From Actinomycetota bacterium (GTDB lineage: Bacteria > Actinomycetota > Acidimicrobiia > IMCC26256 > JAENVU01), in the NCBI GenBank assembly GCA_016870395.1, contig VGBT01000007.1:17268-81267 (forward strand): a DNA stretch of 64,000 nt, read 5' to 3'. This document shows positions 1 to 9,788 of the stretch, one piece after another (positions within the stretch are counted from its first letter, which is position 1; every line of letters begins with the position of its first letter). The position numbers and the translations under genes were made by a program. The notes under the pieces are model-generated. The model was given only the letters and a program-made list of their open reading frames with translations. It was not told the origin of the DNA and did not search any database.

Positions 1-621
1 CTCGTGCTCGAGAAGCGCTTCGCCTTCCGCCCTCGCGACTTCCGGCGCTGGATCGCACTTCACGAGGTGACCCACCGCGCGCAGTTCACGGGCGTTCCGT
101 GGCTGCGCGACTACTTCCTCGCCCAGGTGGGTCAGCTCCTCGAGGGTGTGGAGCCCGACCTGCGCCGGGTGCTGGGCGCAGTCACCCGCGCCCTCGACGA
201 GGCGCGCCATGGGCGGAACCCGCTCGACGACGGGGGAGTCGTGTCGCTGTTCGCGTCGGCCGAACAGCGGGTCGTGCTCGAGCGAGTGCAGGCGCTGATG
301 TCCCTGCTCGAAGGGCACGGCAACGCCGTGATGAACCGTCTCGGCGCGGACCTCGTCGACGGGCAGGAGCGCATGGCGCGCGTGCTGCACGCCCGCCGCC
401 ACGCGCGGGGCGCCGTCGCGCTGGTGCACCGAATGATCGGGCTTGACCTGAAGATGCGCCAGTACGAGGTGGGTGAGGCGTTCGTCGACGCGGTCGACCG
501 CCTCGCCGGGTTCGGCGCGCTCGACGCAGCCTGGCGTGGGCCCGAGTGGCTGCCGACGCTCGGCGAGCTCGAAGACCCGGTGGCCTGGCTTGTCCGGGTC
601 GACGCTCGCGTCGCCGGCTAG
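1..621 (+). CDS. Zinc-dependent metalloprotease, Rv3626c-like / F420-biosynthesis-associated family (5' partial)
   Basis: HExxH motif LHEVTHRAQF, MSLLEGHG and KMRQY segments; lies upstream of tilS as in other actinobacteria; frame is open from base 1. Confidence 0.75.
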   Translation, partial: LVLEKRFAFRPRDFRRWIALHEVTHRAQFTGVPWLRDYFLAQVGQLLEGVEPDLRRVLGAVTRALDEARHGRNPLDDGGVVSLFASAEQRVVLERVQALMSLLEGHGNAVMNRLGADLVDGQERMARVLHARRHARGAVALVHRMIGLDLKMRQYEVGEAFVDAVDRLAGFGALDAAWRGPEWLPTLGELEDPVAWLVRVDARVAG

Positions 622-627
622 CGCGCG

Positions 628-1278
628 ATGGCGGTCGTCCTCGTCGTCGACGACGAACCCGACATCCTCAGGTTGATGCGGATCAACCTCGAGTCGGCGG
701 GTCATCGCGTGTTCACCGCGGCTGGTGGGGTCGAAGCGCTCGACGTGCTCCGGGACGCGGTCCCTGACGCCGTGTTCCTCGTCACCGCGATGCTCGACGA
801 CGAGCAGCGGTTCCGAGGCGGCATCGAGGGCGCGCTGCGCTACATCACCAAGCCCTTCGAGCCCGACGAGCTCGGACGCGCGCTCGACCCTGAAGAGCTG
901 CCCGAGCCCGAACAGCGCCGTCGCGTCCAGGCGACGGCGCTCGAGGCGCTCGCTTGCGCCGAGAGGGGCGCGCCCGACGACGGGTCGGCGCCGCGTGTAC
1001 GACTCACGCGACTCGAGCAGGCGCCGACCGTCGCGGCTGCTCGAGTCGCGCTTCGTGACGCACGCGAGCGGGTGAAGGACCTCACGCCCAACCAGCGCGG
1101 GCTCCTCAAGCTGCTCGCAGACGGTTCCTCGGTCACCGGGGTCGCACAGCGGCTCGGCACCTGTCGTAGCAACGCCTACTCCGGGCTGCGACGTATCGGG
1201 CGCAGGGTCGAGCGCAAGGGGATCAACCAGCTGCTGGCGGTGCTCCGGCAGGGTGAGCTCCGGGGGCCGCGGCCGTGA
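628..1278 (+). CDS. Atypical response regulator (internally deleted REC domain plus LuxR-like HTH)
   Basis: VLVVDDEPD, TA and YITKPF receiver motifs present, but PDAVFL joins directly to VTAML; C-terminal LTPNQRGLLKLLADG..VAQRL resembles a LuxR HTH. Confidence 0.7.
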   Translation: MAVVLVVDDEPDILRLMRINLESAGHRVFTAAGGVEALDVLRDAVPDAVFLVTAMLDDEQRFRGGIEGALRYITKPFEPDELGRALDPEELPEPEQRRRVQATALEALACAERGAPDDGSAPRVRLTRLEQAPTVAAARVALRDARERVKDLTPNQRGLLKLLADGSSVTGVAQRLGTCRSNAYSGLRRIGRRVERKGINQLLAVLRQGELRGPRP

Positions 1279-2186
1279 GCGCGTCCGGACCCGCCGGCAT
1301 CGACTGGGCCGGGATCGTCGCGCCGGTCGTCGTTGCCTGCTCCGGCGGTGCCGACTCCCTCGGACTGCTGGTCGCCGCGTGCGAGGTCATGCTGGAGCCG
1401 ATCGCCGTCCACGTCGATCACGGGATCCGTCCCGGCAGCGAGCGAGAGGCGGATCGCGTGCACGCCGCCGCCGCGAGGCTCGGAGCGCGCAGTCACGCGG
1501 TGCGCGCCCCCGTCGCCCCCGGATCCAACCTGGAGGCGCGTGCTCGCGACGCGCGCTACACCGTTTTGGAGCAGGCACGTATCGAGCTCGACGCGACGGC
1601 GGTGCTGGTCGCGCACACCGCCGACGACCAGGCCGAGACCGTGCTTCTGAACCTGCTCCGGGGCGCGGCCGCCACCGGCCTCGCGGGCATGCCGGCCCGT
1701 CGGGGTCCGGTGGTGCGGCCGGCGCTCGGGGTCCGACGGACCGAACTGCGCGCGCTTGCCGCGGAGCGCGGGATCGTCGCGTTCGAGGATCCGTCCAACA
1801 CAGACCTCACCCACCGACGGAATTGGGTGCGCCACGAGGTGCTGCCCCGGCTGACAGCCGGCGCGGCGCGTGATCTCGTGCCCGTGCTCACCCGCCAGGC
1901 CTCGGTGCTGCGGGCCGAGTCCGAGCTTCTCGACGAGCTGGCCGACGCGCTGCTCGAGGCCGCGGGCGGTCAGGCCCCGTCGGCACGCGTGCTTGCCGAC
2001 GCGCATCCTGCGTTGGCTCGCCGGGCGGTTCGCCGCTGGCTCGGTCATCCTCCGCCCTCGCTGTCCGAGGTGGAGCGGGTCCTCGCGATCGCCCGCAACG
2101 AACGCCGCGCCACCGAGCTCGCGGGCGGCCGTCGGGTCTGCCGACGGGCCGGTGTCCTCCATCAGGAAGTACCGTGGCGCCCGTGA
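1275..2186 (+). CDS. tilS: tRNA(Ile)-lysidine synthetase
   Basis: [10 protein letters not shown]-loop, [27 protein letters not shown]. Confidence 0.93.
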   Translation: MSASGPAGIDWAGIVAPVVVACSGGADSLGLLVAACEVMLEPIAVHVDHGIRPGSEREADRVHAAAARLGARSHAVRAPVAPGSNLEARARDARYTVLEQARIELDATAVLVAHTADDQAETVLLNLLRGAAATGLAGMPARRGPVVRPALGVRRTELRALAAERGIVAFEDPSNTDLTHRRNWVRHEVLPRLTAGAARDLVPVLTRQASVLRAESELLDELADALLEAAGGQAPSARVLADAHPALARRAVRRWLGHPPPSLSEVERVLAIARNERRATELAGGRRVCRRAGVLHQEVPWRP

Positions 2187-2725
2187 CCGGAGCGGAGCGC
2201 GATCCAGCCCTCGGTCCGGTCGTGGTCCCGGCCGACGAGCTCCAGGCCCGCATCAGCACGCTCGGCAAGGAGATCACCGCAGACTACGAAGGCCGGCCGC
2301 CGCTGCTCGTCGGGGTGTTGAAGGGCGCGTTCATGTTCATGAGCGATCTCGCCCGGGCCATCGACCTCCCGGTGGAGTTCGACTTCATGGCGGTGTCGTC
2401 GTACGGGTCGGCGACGCGCACGAGTGGCGTGGTGCGCATCATCAAGGACCTCGACCTCGACCTCACCGACCGGCACGTGATCATCGTGGAGGACATCGTC
2501 GATTCCGGACTCACGCTCGCCTACTTGCGCCGCAATCTCGCCCATCGCGGCCCGGCCTCCCTGGAGGTGTGCGCCCTGCTGCTCAAGGAGGGCCTCCAGA
2601 AGTCGGATCCCGACATCCGCTACGTCGGCTTCCGCATCCCGCCGGAGTTCGTGGTGGGCTACGGCCTCGATGTCGCCGAGCGATACAGGAACCTCGCCGA
2701 CGTGGTCCGCTACGTCGGCAGCTAG
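2183..2725 (+). CDS. hpt: Hypoxanthine phosphoribosyltransferase
   Basis: [26 protein letters not shown] motif, FVVGYGLD; GTGA overlap with the tilS stop (alternative start 2174). Confidence 0.95.
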   Translation: MTGAERDPALGPVVVPADELQARISTLGKEITADYEGRPPLLVGVLKGAFMFMSDLARAIDLPVEFDFMAVSSYGSATRTSGVVRIIKDLDLDLTDRHVIIVEDIVDSGLTLAYLRRNLAHRGPASLEVCALLLKEGLQKSDPDIRYVGFRIPPEFVVGYGLDVAERYRNLADVVRYVGS

Positions 2726-2757
2726 CCTGGTTCCCCGATCCGCAGTTGGCGGTACCT

Positions 2758-4647
2758 ATGACCAAGCGACGTCGCTTCATTCTCATCGGCATCCTGGCCG
2801 CCCTCGTCGTCGGCTTCCTCGCCTTTCGCGCCCTCGATCTCGGTCCGTCGCGCGAGACGCTCGATCTCACTGCCTTCGAGGACCGCCTCGCGGACGGAGA
2901 GGTCGCGTCGGTGACGCTCTTCGACCGGGACCACTGGATCGACGGCGAGCTCCGTGACGGCACGCGCTACGAGGTGCACTTCCCCGAGCAGTACACCGAC
3001 GAGCTCACGCGCAAGATCCGCGCCGCGGGTGTGCGCGACTTCGACGTCGACGGACAACAGCAGAGCGCGTGGGTCGATCTCCTGATCAGGCTCCTCCCGG
3101 TCCTCCTGGTGGTCGGTGTCCTGTTCTTCTTCCTCAGCCGGTCCCAGGGCGGTGGGCCCGGCGTGTTCGGGATAAGTCGCTCACGCGCCAAGCCGATCGG
3201 GAAGGACCAGCCGACCGTCACCTTTTCCGACGTCGCCGGTCTCGACGAGGCCGTGGAGGAGCTCCAGGAGATCAAGGACTTCCTTGCCGACCCGGAGCGC
3301 TTCGAGCGGATGGGGGCCCGGATCCCGAAAGGCGTGCTGCTCTACGGGCCGCCGGGGACCGGCAAGACGCTCCTGGCGAAGGCCGTTGCCGGCGAGGCCG
3401 CCGTGCCCTTCTTCTCGATCAGCGGCTCGGACTTCGTGGAGATGTTCGTCGGTGTCGGCGCGTCGCGTGTGCGCGACCTGTTCGACAAGGCGAAGACCGC
3501 CGCCCCCGCGATCGTCTTCGTCGACGAGATCGACGCCGTCGGCCGTCACCGGGGGGCAGGGCTCGGCGGTGGGCACGACGAGCGGGAGCAGACGCTCAAC
3601 CAGCTGCTCGTCGAGATGGACGGCTTCGACGCCAAGGCGGGCGTGATCCTCCTCGCGTCCACCAACCGTCCCGACATCCTCGATCCCGCCCTGTTGCGCC
3701 CGGGCCGCTTCGACCGCCAGATCGTGGTGGACCGTCCGGACTTCGAGGGTCGCAAGAAGATCCTCGAGGTGCACGCTCGCAACAAGGCGATCACCGAGGG
3801 TGTCGACCTCGAGGTCATCGCGCGGCGTACCACCGGGTTCACCGGCGCCGACCTCGCCAACCTGATGAACGAGGCCGCGCTGCTCGCCGCGCGTCGCGAT
3901 CTCGAGCACATCGGGTTGCCCCAGCTCGAGGAGGCGATCGACCGCGTGGTCGCCGGGCCGGAACGCCGCAGCCGGCTGATCTCACCGACCGAGCGGCGGG
4001 TGATTGCATACCACGAGAGCGGGCACGCGCTGGTGAGTCATGCGCTGCCGGATACCGACCCGGTGCACAAGGTCTCGATCATTCCGAGGGGGAGAGCGCT
4101 CGGCTACACCCTGACGCTCCCGACCGAGGACCGATTCCTCGTGCGGCGCAGCGAGCTGGTCAACGAGCTCGCCATGCTGCTCGGTGGTCGATCGGCCGAG
4201 GAGCTGATCTTCGCCGACCCCACCACGGGCGCGCAGAACGACATCGAGCGGGCAACCACCATCGCTCGTCAGATGGTGACCGAGTTCGGCATGAGCGACA
4301 TACTCGGCCCGATGCGGTTCGGCACCCCGAAGGGTGAGGTGTTCCTCGGGCGCGACTTCAACTCCATGCCCGACTACTCCGAGAAGATCGCCGCCGACAT
4401 CGACGCGGAGGTGCGCGGGCTCATCGATCGCGCCCACGACGCCGCGCGCGGGATCCTCACCGAGAACCGCGGGGCGCTCGACGCCCTCGTCGAGATGCTC
4501 ATGGTGCACGAGACGTTGGAGGCCGACCAGGTGATCGAGGTGCTCGACGGCGTCGCGCCATGGAGAGGAGCGGCCGAGACCGGCTCGACACGGCCGTCTG
4601 CCGCGGCGACCTCGGATCAGACCTCCAGCAGGAGATTCCGACCGTGA
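2758..4647 (+). CDS. ftsH: ATP-dependent zinc metalloprotease FtsH
   Basis: Two N-terminal TM helices, Walker A GPPGTGKT, Walker [36 protein letters not shown] zinc motif; ATG at 2758 within the long 1870 ORF. Confidence 0.97.
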   Translation: MTKRRRFILIGILAALVVGFLAFRALDLGPSRETLDLTAFEDRLADGEVASVTLFDRDHWIDGELRDGTRYEVHFPEQYTDELTRKIRAAGVRDFDVDGQQQSAWVDLLIRLLPVLLVVGVLFFFLSRSQGGGPGVFGISRSRAKPIGKDQPTVTFSDVAGLDEAVEELQEIKDFLADPERFERMGARIPKGVLLYGPPGTGKTLLAKAVAGEAAVPFFSISGSDFVEMFVGVGASRVRDLFDKAKTAAPAIVFVDEIDAVGRHRGAGLGGGHDEREQTLNQLLVEMDGFDAKAGVILLASTNRPDILDPALLRPGRFDRQIVVDRPDFEGRKKILEVHARNKAITEGVDLEVIARRTTGFTGADLANLMNEAALLAARRDLEHIGLPQLEEAIDRVVAGPERRSRLISPTERRVIAYHESGHALVSHALPDTDPVHKVSIIPRGRALGYTLTLPTEDRFLVRRSELVNELAMLLGGRSAEELIFADPTTGAQNDIERATTIARQMVTEFGMSDILGPMRFGTPKGEVFLGRDFNSMPDYSEKIAADIDAEVRGLIDRAHDAARGILTENRGALDALVEMLMVHETLEADQVIEVLDGVAPWRGAAETGSTRPSAAATSDQTSSRRFRP

Positions 4648-5267
4648 CCGACGGCAACACGCTGCACGCGGTCCCGGAACCCTCGGAGCGTGTCGACCGA
4701 GACCGGATCGAGCGGGCGGTGCGCGAGATCCTCGCCGCGATCGGGGAGGATCCCGAGCGCGACGGGCTCGTGCGCACGCCGGCGCGGGTGGCGGCGATGT
4801 ACGAGGAGGTCTTCGCGGGCCTGTACGACGACCCGTCCCAGCACCTCACCGTCACGTTCGAGGCCGACCACGACGAGATGGTCATGGTCCGCGACATCGC
4901 GCTGTTCAGCTTGTGTGAACATCACCTCGTGCCCTTCCACGGGATGGCGCACGTCGCGTACATCCCCGGCGACGACGGTCGGATCACCGGGCTCTCGAAG
5001 ATCGCGCGCCTGGTCGACGGCTTCGCCCGCCGCCCCCAGGTCCAGGAGCGGCTCACCTCCCAGATCGCGGACGCTTTGGTCGAGGTGCTCAACCCGAAAG
5101 GCGTGTTCGTCGTGATCGAGTGCGAGCACCTCTGCATGTCGATGCGGGGGGTGCGCAAGCCCGGTTCGCTGACGGTCACGTCGGCCGTGCGGGGCCTGTT
5201 CAAGGACAATCCCGCGACCCGGGCCGAGGCGATGTCGCTCATCGGCCACCCTGGCAACCGTCTCTGA
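4644..5267 (+). CDS. folE: GTP cyclohydrolase I
   Basis: [36 protein letters not shown]; GTGA overlap with ftsH. Confidence 0.96.
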   Translation: MTDGNTLHAVPEPSERVDRDRIERAVREILAAIGEDPERDGLVRTPARVAAMYEEVFAGLYDDPSQHLTVTFEADHDEMVMVRDIALFSLCEHHLVPFHGMAHVAYIPGDDGRITGLSKIARLVDGFARRPQVQERLTSQIADALVEVLNPKGVFVVIECEHLCMSMRGVRKPGSLTVTSAVRGLFKDNPATRAEAMSLIGHPGNRL

Positions 5268-5314
5268 AGCGCCAGTCCGCGTCGGCGTTCGTGCCAGGTA
5301 GGGTGCTGGGCCTG

Positions 5315-6160
5315 ATGTTCGACTGGAAGCAGGTTCGGGGCAGGGTGATGGGCGTCGTCAACGTCACGCCCGACTCGTTCTCCGACGGTGGGCGCTACCT
5401 GGAGCCCGAGGCCGCGGCGGCCCACGGGCTCGAGCTGGCGGCCCAGGGGGCGGCGGTGCTCGATGTCGGCGGCGAGTCCACCCGACCCGGCGCGGCACCG
5501 GTGGACGCGGCCGAGGAGACCCGGCGCGTCGTGCCCGTGGTTCGCGAGCTTGCCGAACGGACCGCGGTGCCGATCAGCGTCGACACGACCAAGGCCGAGG
5601 TCGCCGCGGCGGCGCTCGAGGCCGGCGCGGCGATCGTCAACGATGTGTCGGCCGGTCGGCTCGACCCGGCGGTCCTCTCGGTGGTGGCGGACGCGGGAGC
5701 CGGCTACGTGGTGATGCACATGCTGGGTGAGCCCCGCACGATGCAGGACGACCCTTGCTACGGCGACGTCGTGCGTGAGGTCGGCGACTTCCTCTGCACT
5801 CGGCTCGCCGCGGCACGCGGGGCGGGTATCGCGCCCGAGTCGCTCATGGCGGATCCCGGGATCGGGTTTGGCAAGACCGTCGACCACAACCTCGCGTTGT
5901 TGGCCCACCTGGGTGAGCTCGTGGCGCGCGTGCGCGTCCCGGTCCTGGTCGGGACGTCGCGCAAGCGGTTCCTCGGCGCGCTCACCGGGGTCGACGATGC
6001 CACAGCCCGTGACGATGCCACCCTTCCGACCGTGGTGTGGTCGCTGGAGCGCGGCGCGGCGATGGTGCGGGTCCACGACGTCGGCCGGGCCGTGCACGCG
6101 GCGACCGTGCTCGACGCGCTGCGCGCGGCCGAGCCACGCGCCGTCGGGGCCGTCGCATGA
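5315..6160 (+). CDS. folP: Dihydropteroate synthase
   Basis: MGVVNVTPDSFSDGG, DVGGESTRPG, DPGIGFGK, GTSRKRF, VRVHDV. Confidence 0.95.
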   Translation: MFDWKQVRGRVMGVVNVTPDSFSDGGRYLEPEAAAAHGLELAAQGAAVLDVGGESTRPGAAPVDAAEETRRVVPVVRELAERTAVPISVDTTKAEVAAAALEAGAAIVNDVSAGRLDPAVLSVVADAGAGYVVMHMLGEPRTMQDDPCYGDVVREVGDFLCTRLAAARGAGIAPESLMADPGIGFGKTVDHNLALLAHLGELVARVRVPVLVGTSRKRFLGALTGVDDATARDDATLPTVVWSLERGAAMVRVHDVGRAVHAATVLDALRAAEPRAVGAVA

Positions 6161-6699
6161 CCGCGCTGAGGGGTCGCTGGGCACAGGGCCTCGAGCCGCG
6201 CTTCTTCTGCTGGGTGGTGAAGGATCGCTTCGCGATCTCCGAGCGTCCGGGCGGCTTCGCGCGCAGCCACCGCAAGGTCCGTCGCCAGGAGGAGCTCATC
6301 TGGCTGGCGCAGAAGGACTTCACGCGGGTGATCTCGCTGCTCAACTCGCCCCACAACCTCCGTGCCTATGAGGACGCAGGCATCGCCTGCGAGCAGGTGC
6401 CGCTCGGGCGCCACGACGAGCTGGGCGAGCGTCTGCCACTCATCTACGAGTCGATCGCGCGCCGTCTCGACGTTCCCTGCGAGAAGATCCTCGTGCATCA
6501 CGAAGAGTTCGGTGAGCGCCTCTTCGGGGTCGTGGGCGGGTATCTGCTGTACGCCGGTCTGGTGTCCGAAGGCCCGCACGCGATCCTCCTCGCCGAGCGC
6601 CTCACCGGTCGCGAGCTCGGTTCGGTCGGCCGCGAGATCGTCGCCATCACTGTCGAGGAGGGGATCAGCCGTCCGCCGCGCTCCGGAGCGGAGGGGTAG
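6157..6699 (+). CDS. Hypothetical protein with dual-specificity-phosphatase-like fold and non-canonical P-loop
   Basis: Translationally coupled to folP (ATGA) and folB (TAGTG); WVVKDRFAISERPG, RVISLL and ILVHHEEFGER..VVGGYLL resemble DSP/PTP motifs. Confidence 0.6.
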   Translation: MTALRGRWAQGLEPRFFCWVVKDRFAISERPGGFARSHRKVRRQEELIWLAQKDFTRVISLLNSPHNLRAYEDAGIACEQVPLGRHDELGERLPLIYESIARRLDVPCEKILVHHEEFGERLFGVVGGYLLYAGLVSEGPHAILLAERLTGRELGSVGREIVAITVEEGISRPPRSGAEG

Positions 6700-7049
6700 T
6701 GGGCTCGATCCTCATCAGCGGGGTGCGTGCGCTGGGCGTGCACGGAGTGCTCCCCGAGGAGCAGACGCGCCCGCAGCCGTTCGAGGTCGACGTGGAGCTA
6801 GAGGTCGACCTGGAAGCCGCCGGTTCGAGCGACCGGCTCGACGACACGGTCGACTACGCGGCGGTGTCCGAGGCGATCGGGCATGTCGTCGCCAACGAGC
6901 AGTACCAACTCCTGGAACGGCTGGCGACGCGCATCGGCGAGGTCTGTGGCACGGACGAGCGCGTGAGATCGGTGACGGTCACGGTGCGCAAGCTCCACCC
7001 GCCGGTGCGGGCGATGCTCGAGCACATCGCTGTCCGACTCACGGTGTAG
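6699..7049 (+). CDS. folB: Dihydroneopterin aldolase
   Basis: GVHGVLPEE, QPFEVDVEL, DTVDYA, LLERLA, VRKLHPP. Confidence 0.93.
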   Translation: MGSILISGVRALGVHGVLPEEQTRPQPFEVDVELEVDLEAAGSSDRLDDTVDYAAVSEAIGHVVANEQYQLLERLATRIGEVCGTDERVRSVTVTVRKLHPPVRAMLEHIAVRLTV

Positions 7050-7151
7050 CAATCGGCCGCCACCACCCCCACACCATTCCCCCGCTTGTTCGTTCAGGAG
7101 CGGTATGCGCGCATTCGTCAACAATCTCGGCAATGGCGGGGGGATAATGCG

Positions 7152-7628
7152 GTGAGCGGGACGTGGTGCTTTCTGGGGATCGGGTCGAATCTCGGTGACC
7201 GGCTCGGGCACCTCCAGCACGCGCTCGACGCGCTGGCGGCCGAGCCGCGGATCCGGGTGGTCGCGGTCTCGCCCGTGTACGAGACCGAGCCGGTCGGAGG
7301 TCCCCCCCAAGGCGACTTCCTGAACGCCGTGGTGGAGATCGAGACCGATCTGGCACCTCATGAGCTCTTGCACGTGACCCAGCTCCTCGAGCAGGCTGCG
7401 CTTCGGGTGCGGGAGGAGCGCTGGGGCCCACGCACGCTCGACGTCGACATCCTCGTCTACGGAGAGGAGCGCGTGTCCGAGCCCGACCTGGAGATCCCCC
7501 ACCCGCGCATGGCCGAGCGGTCGTTCGTGCTCGCCCCGCTGCACGACCTCGCCCCCGACCACGTCAGGGCGCCCGAGGGGGGCTGGACCGGGGTTCGCCG
7601 GGCGGCGGTAGCATTGCGGGTCCCTTGA
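7152..7628 (+). CDS. folK: 2-amino-4-hydroxy-6-hydroxymethyldihydropteridine diphosphokinase
   Basis: LGIGSNLGDR, SPVYETEP, FLNAV, RWGPRTLDVDIL, PHPRMAERSFVL; start taken at GTG 7152. Confidence 0.93.
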   Translation: MSGTWCFLGIGSNLGDRLGHLQHALDALAAEPRIRVVAVSPVYETEPVGGPPQGDFLNAVVEIETDLAPHELLHVTQLLEQAALRVREERWGPRTLDVDILVYGEERVSEPDLEIPHPRMAERSFVLAPLHDLAPDHVRAPEGGWTGVRRAAVALRVP

Positions 7629-7673
7629 TCCAGTCCGGACCTGCGAGGCCGGAACCGCGAAGGGTGGACCATC

Positions 7674-8483
7674 GTGGGAGACGAAGCGGGCGCACTCGCG
7701 CTCGTCGGACCCGGCCGAGCGGGCGTCGCCGTCGCGGCCGCGCTCGTCACCGCGGGCTGGCGGGTCGTCGGTGTCGCCGGTCGCTCCCCCGATGCCCCGT
7801 CCACACGCGCGGCCGGGGTGTCCCTCGAGGCCCCGCCGGTGCCAGTCGCGCAGGCTGCTGCCGGCGCCGACGTGGTGCTGGTCGCGACCCCTGACGCCGC
7901 GATCGCGCAGGTCGTGGCGGCGATCGCGCCCGCCGTGTCCGCCTCTACCCTCGTCGTGCACCTGTCCGGCTCCCTGGGTCTCGACGTGCTCGCCCCGGTA
8001 GCTGCGGCCGGCGGGCGCGCCGGCGCGCTGCATCCGCTCCAGTCGTTGCCTTCGAGCGGGCTCGGCCTCTCGCGTCTACGGGGGTCGTGGTGCGCGGTCG
8101 CCGGCGATCCGCAGGTGTACGACCTCGCGGCCGCGATGGGCATGCATCCGATGGCGCTCGCCGACGCGGATCGTGTGCGGTACCACGCCGCCGCGTGCGT
8201 GGCGTCGAATCATCTCGTCGCGCTCCTCGCCCAGGTCGAGCGGCTCGCTCCCGTGCCGCTCGAGGCCTACTTGCCGCTCGTGCGCGCCACCGTCGAGAAC
8301 GTCGCCGAGCTCGGCCCGGCGGGAGCCCTGACCGGTCCGGTGGCGCGCGGCGACGTGGAGACCGTGCGAGCCCATCTCGCCGTGCTCCCAGAGAAGGAAC
8401 GTGACGCCTACCGGGCGCTTGCACGCGAAGCCGTGCACCTCGCGGGCAACGCCCGGTCCGCGATGCTCGAGGTGCTCGCGTGA
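7674..8483 (+). CDS. Rossmann-like/DUF2520 oxidoreductase (candidate PanG-type ketopantoate reductase)
   Basis: VGPGRAG Rossmann motif, VHLSGS, LHPLQS, YHAAACVASNH, LTGPVARGD; directly upstream of panC. Confidence 0.85.
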   Translation: MGDEAGALALVGPGRAGVAVAAALVTAGWRVVGVAGRSPDAPSTRAAGVSLEAPPVPVAQAAAGADVVLVATPDAAIAQVVAAIAPAVSASTLVVHLSGSLGLDVLAPVAAAGGRAGALHPLQSLPSSGLGLSRLRGSWCAVAGDPQVYDLAAAMGMHPMALADADRVRYHAAACVASNHLVALLAQVERLAPVPLEAYLPLVRATVENVAELGPAGALTGPVARGDVETVRAHLAVLPEKERDAYRALAREAVHLAGNARSAMLEVLA

Positions 8484-9391
8484 AGGTCGTCGAGCACGTC
8501 GCGGAGCTGCGCGAGCACTGCGAGTCGGCGCGCCGTGCAGGTCATCGCGTCGGGCTCGTGCCGACGATGGGATACTTCCACGCCGGTCACCGTTCGCTGA
8601 TGCGGGCCGCGCGTGCCCACGACGATTTCGTGGTGGTGACGCTGTTCGTCAACCCGACCCAGTTCGGACCGAACGAGGACCTGTCCGCCTACCCACGCGA
8701 CCTCGCCGCCGACGTCTCCGTGGCCATCGAGGCCGGCGTAGACATCCTGTTCGCTCCCTCGGTCGACGAGATGGATCCGGGGGGTCCACCGCGCACCAAG
8801 GTGCACGTCGCCGAGCTGACCGAGGGCATGTGTGGCGCGGCGCGCCCCACGCACTTCGACGGTGTCACCACGGTGGTCGCGAAGCTGTTCTCGATCGTCG
8901 GTCCATGTCGCGCGTACTTCGGTCGCAAGGACTACCAGCAGCTTGCCGTGGTTCGCCGGATGACTCAGGACCTGAACCTGCCCGTCGAGGTGGTCGGCTG
9001 CCCGCTGGTTCGCGAGCCCGACGGGCTCGCGATGTCGAGTCGGAACGCCTACCTCACTGCCGACGAGCGGGCAGTGGCTCCCGCGCTCTTCGCCGCGCTG
9101 GTCGACGCGGTCGCAACGGTGCGCGCCGGTGAGCGTGACGCCCGAGCCGTCGAGCGGAGGGTTGCCGACGCGCTCGCGCACAGGCGGGAGATCGCGCTCG
9201 AGTACGTCGAGCTGCGCGGCGCCGCGAGCCTCGAGCCGTTGACTCGGGTTGACGGGGAGGTCGTGCTCGCGGTTGCCGGTCGGCTCGGGCGCGCCCGTCT
9301 GATCGACAACGTCGTGATCCAGGTGGTCGACGGGCGCGTCGACGCCGACCTGGGAGTCGAAGTAGGAGCAGATGAGGTCCTCGATGCGTAG
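8480..9391 (+). CDS. panC: Pantoate--beta-alanine ligase
   Basis: VPTMGYFHAGH, FVNPTQF, RPTHFDGV, KDYQQ, GLAMSSRN, RLIDN. Confidence 0.95.
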   Translation: MKVVEHVAELREHCESARRAGHRVGLVPTMGYFHAGHRSLMRAARAHDDFVVVTLFVNPTQFGPNEDLSAYPRDLAADVSVAIEAGVDILFAPSVDEMDPGGPPRTKVHVAELTEGMCGAARPTHFDGVTTVVAKLFSIVGPCRAYFGRKDYQQLAVVRRMTQDLNLPVEVVGCPLVREPDGLAMSSRNAYLTADERAVAPALFAALVDAVATVRAGERDARAVERRVADALAHRREIALEYVELRGAASLEPLTRVDGEVVLAVAGRLGRARLIDNVVIQVVDGRVDADLGVEVGADEVLDA

Positions 9392-9779
9392 GACGATGAT
9401 GAAGTCGAGGATCCATCGCGCCACGGTGACCGGTGCCGACCTGAGCTACGTCGGCTCGATCCCCCTCGATCCCGAGCCGACGGCATTGGCCGACGTGCTC
9501 GAGCACGAGCAGGTCCACGTGCTCGACATCGACAACGCTGCCCGGTTCGAGACGTGCGCGATCCCCGGCGTCGGTGGGCCGGGTCAGGTCGTGCTGATCG
9601 GGGCCGCCGCCCGGCTCGTGCAGCCGGGCGACAAGGTGATCGTGATCACCTACGCCCAGTACGAGGACGCCGAGCTCGCCGGCTTCGCACCCCGGGTCGT
9701 GCGCGTCGACGCGGCGAACCGTCCGGTCGCTCTCGGCACCGAGACACTCGACCGCGAGCGCCACGGCCTGGCCTCCTAG
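9384..9779 (+). CDS. panD: Aspartate 1-decarboxylase proenzyme, with several conserved residues altered
   Basis: MRRTMMKSRIHRATVT, YVG-S cleavage site, RFET, GAAARLVQPGD. Confidence 0.88.
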   Translation: MRRTMMKSRIHRATVTGADLSYVGSIPLDPEPTALADVLEHEQVHVLDIDNAARFETCAIPGVGGPGQVVLIGAAARLVQPGDKVIVITYAQYEDAELAGFAPRVVRVDAANRPVALGTETLDRERHGLAS

Positions 9780-9788
9780 GCTCTCTCC

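Noticed and set aside
7075-7149. Imperfect inverted repeat and GATAAT in the folB-folK spacer
   Set aside because: Stem depends on C/G runs with bulges, and the -10-like hexamer is only 3 nt from the start codon; not enough support
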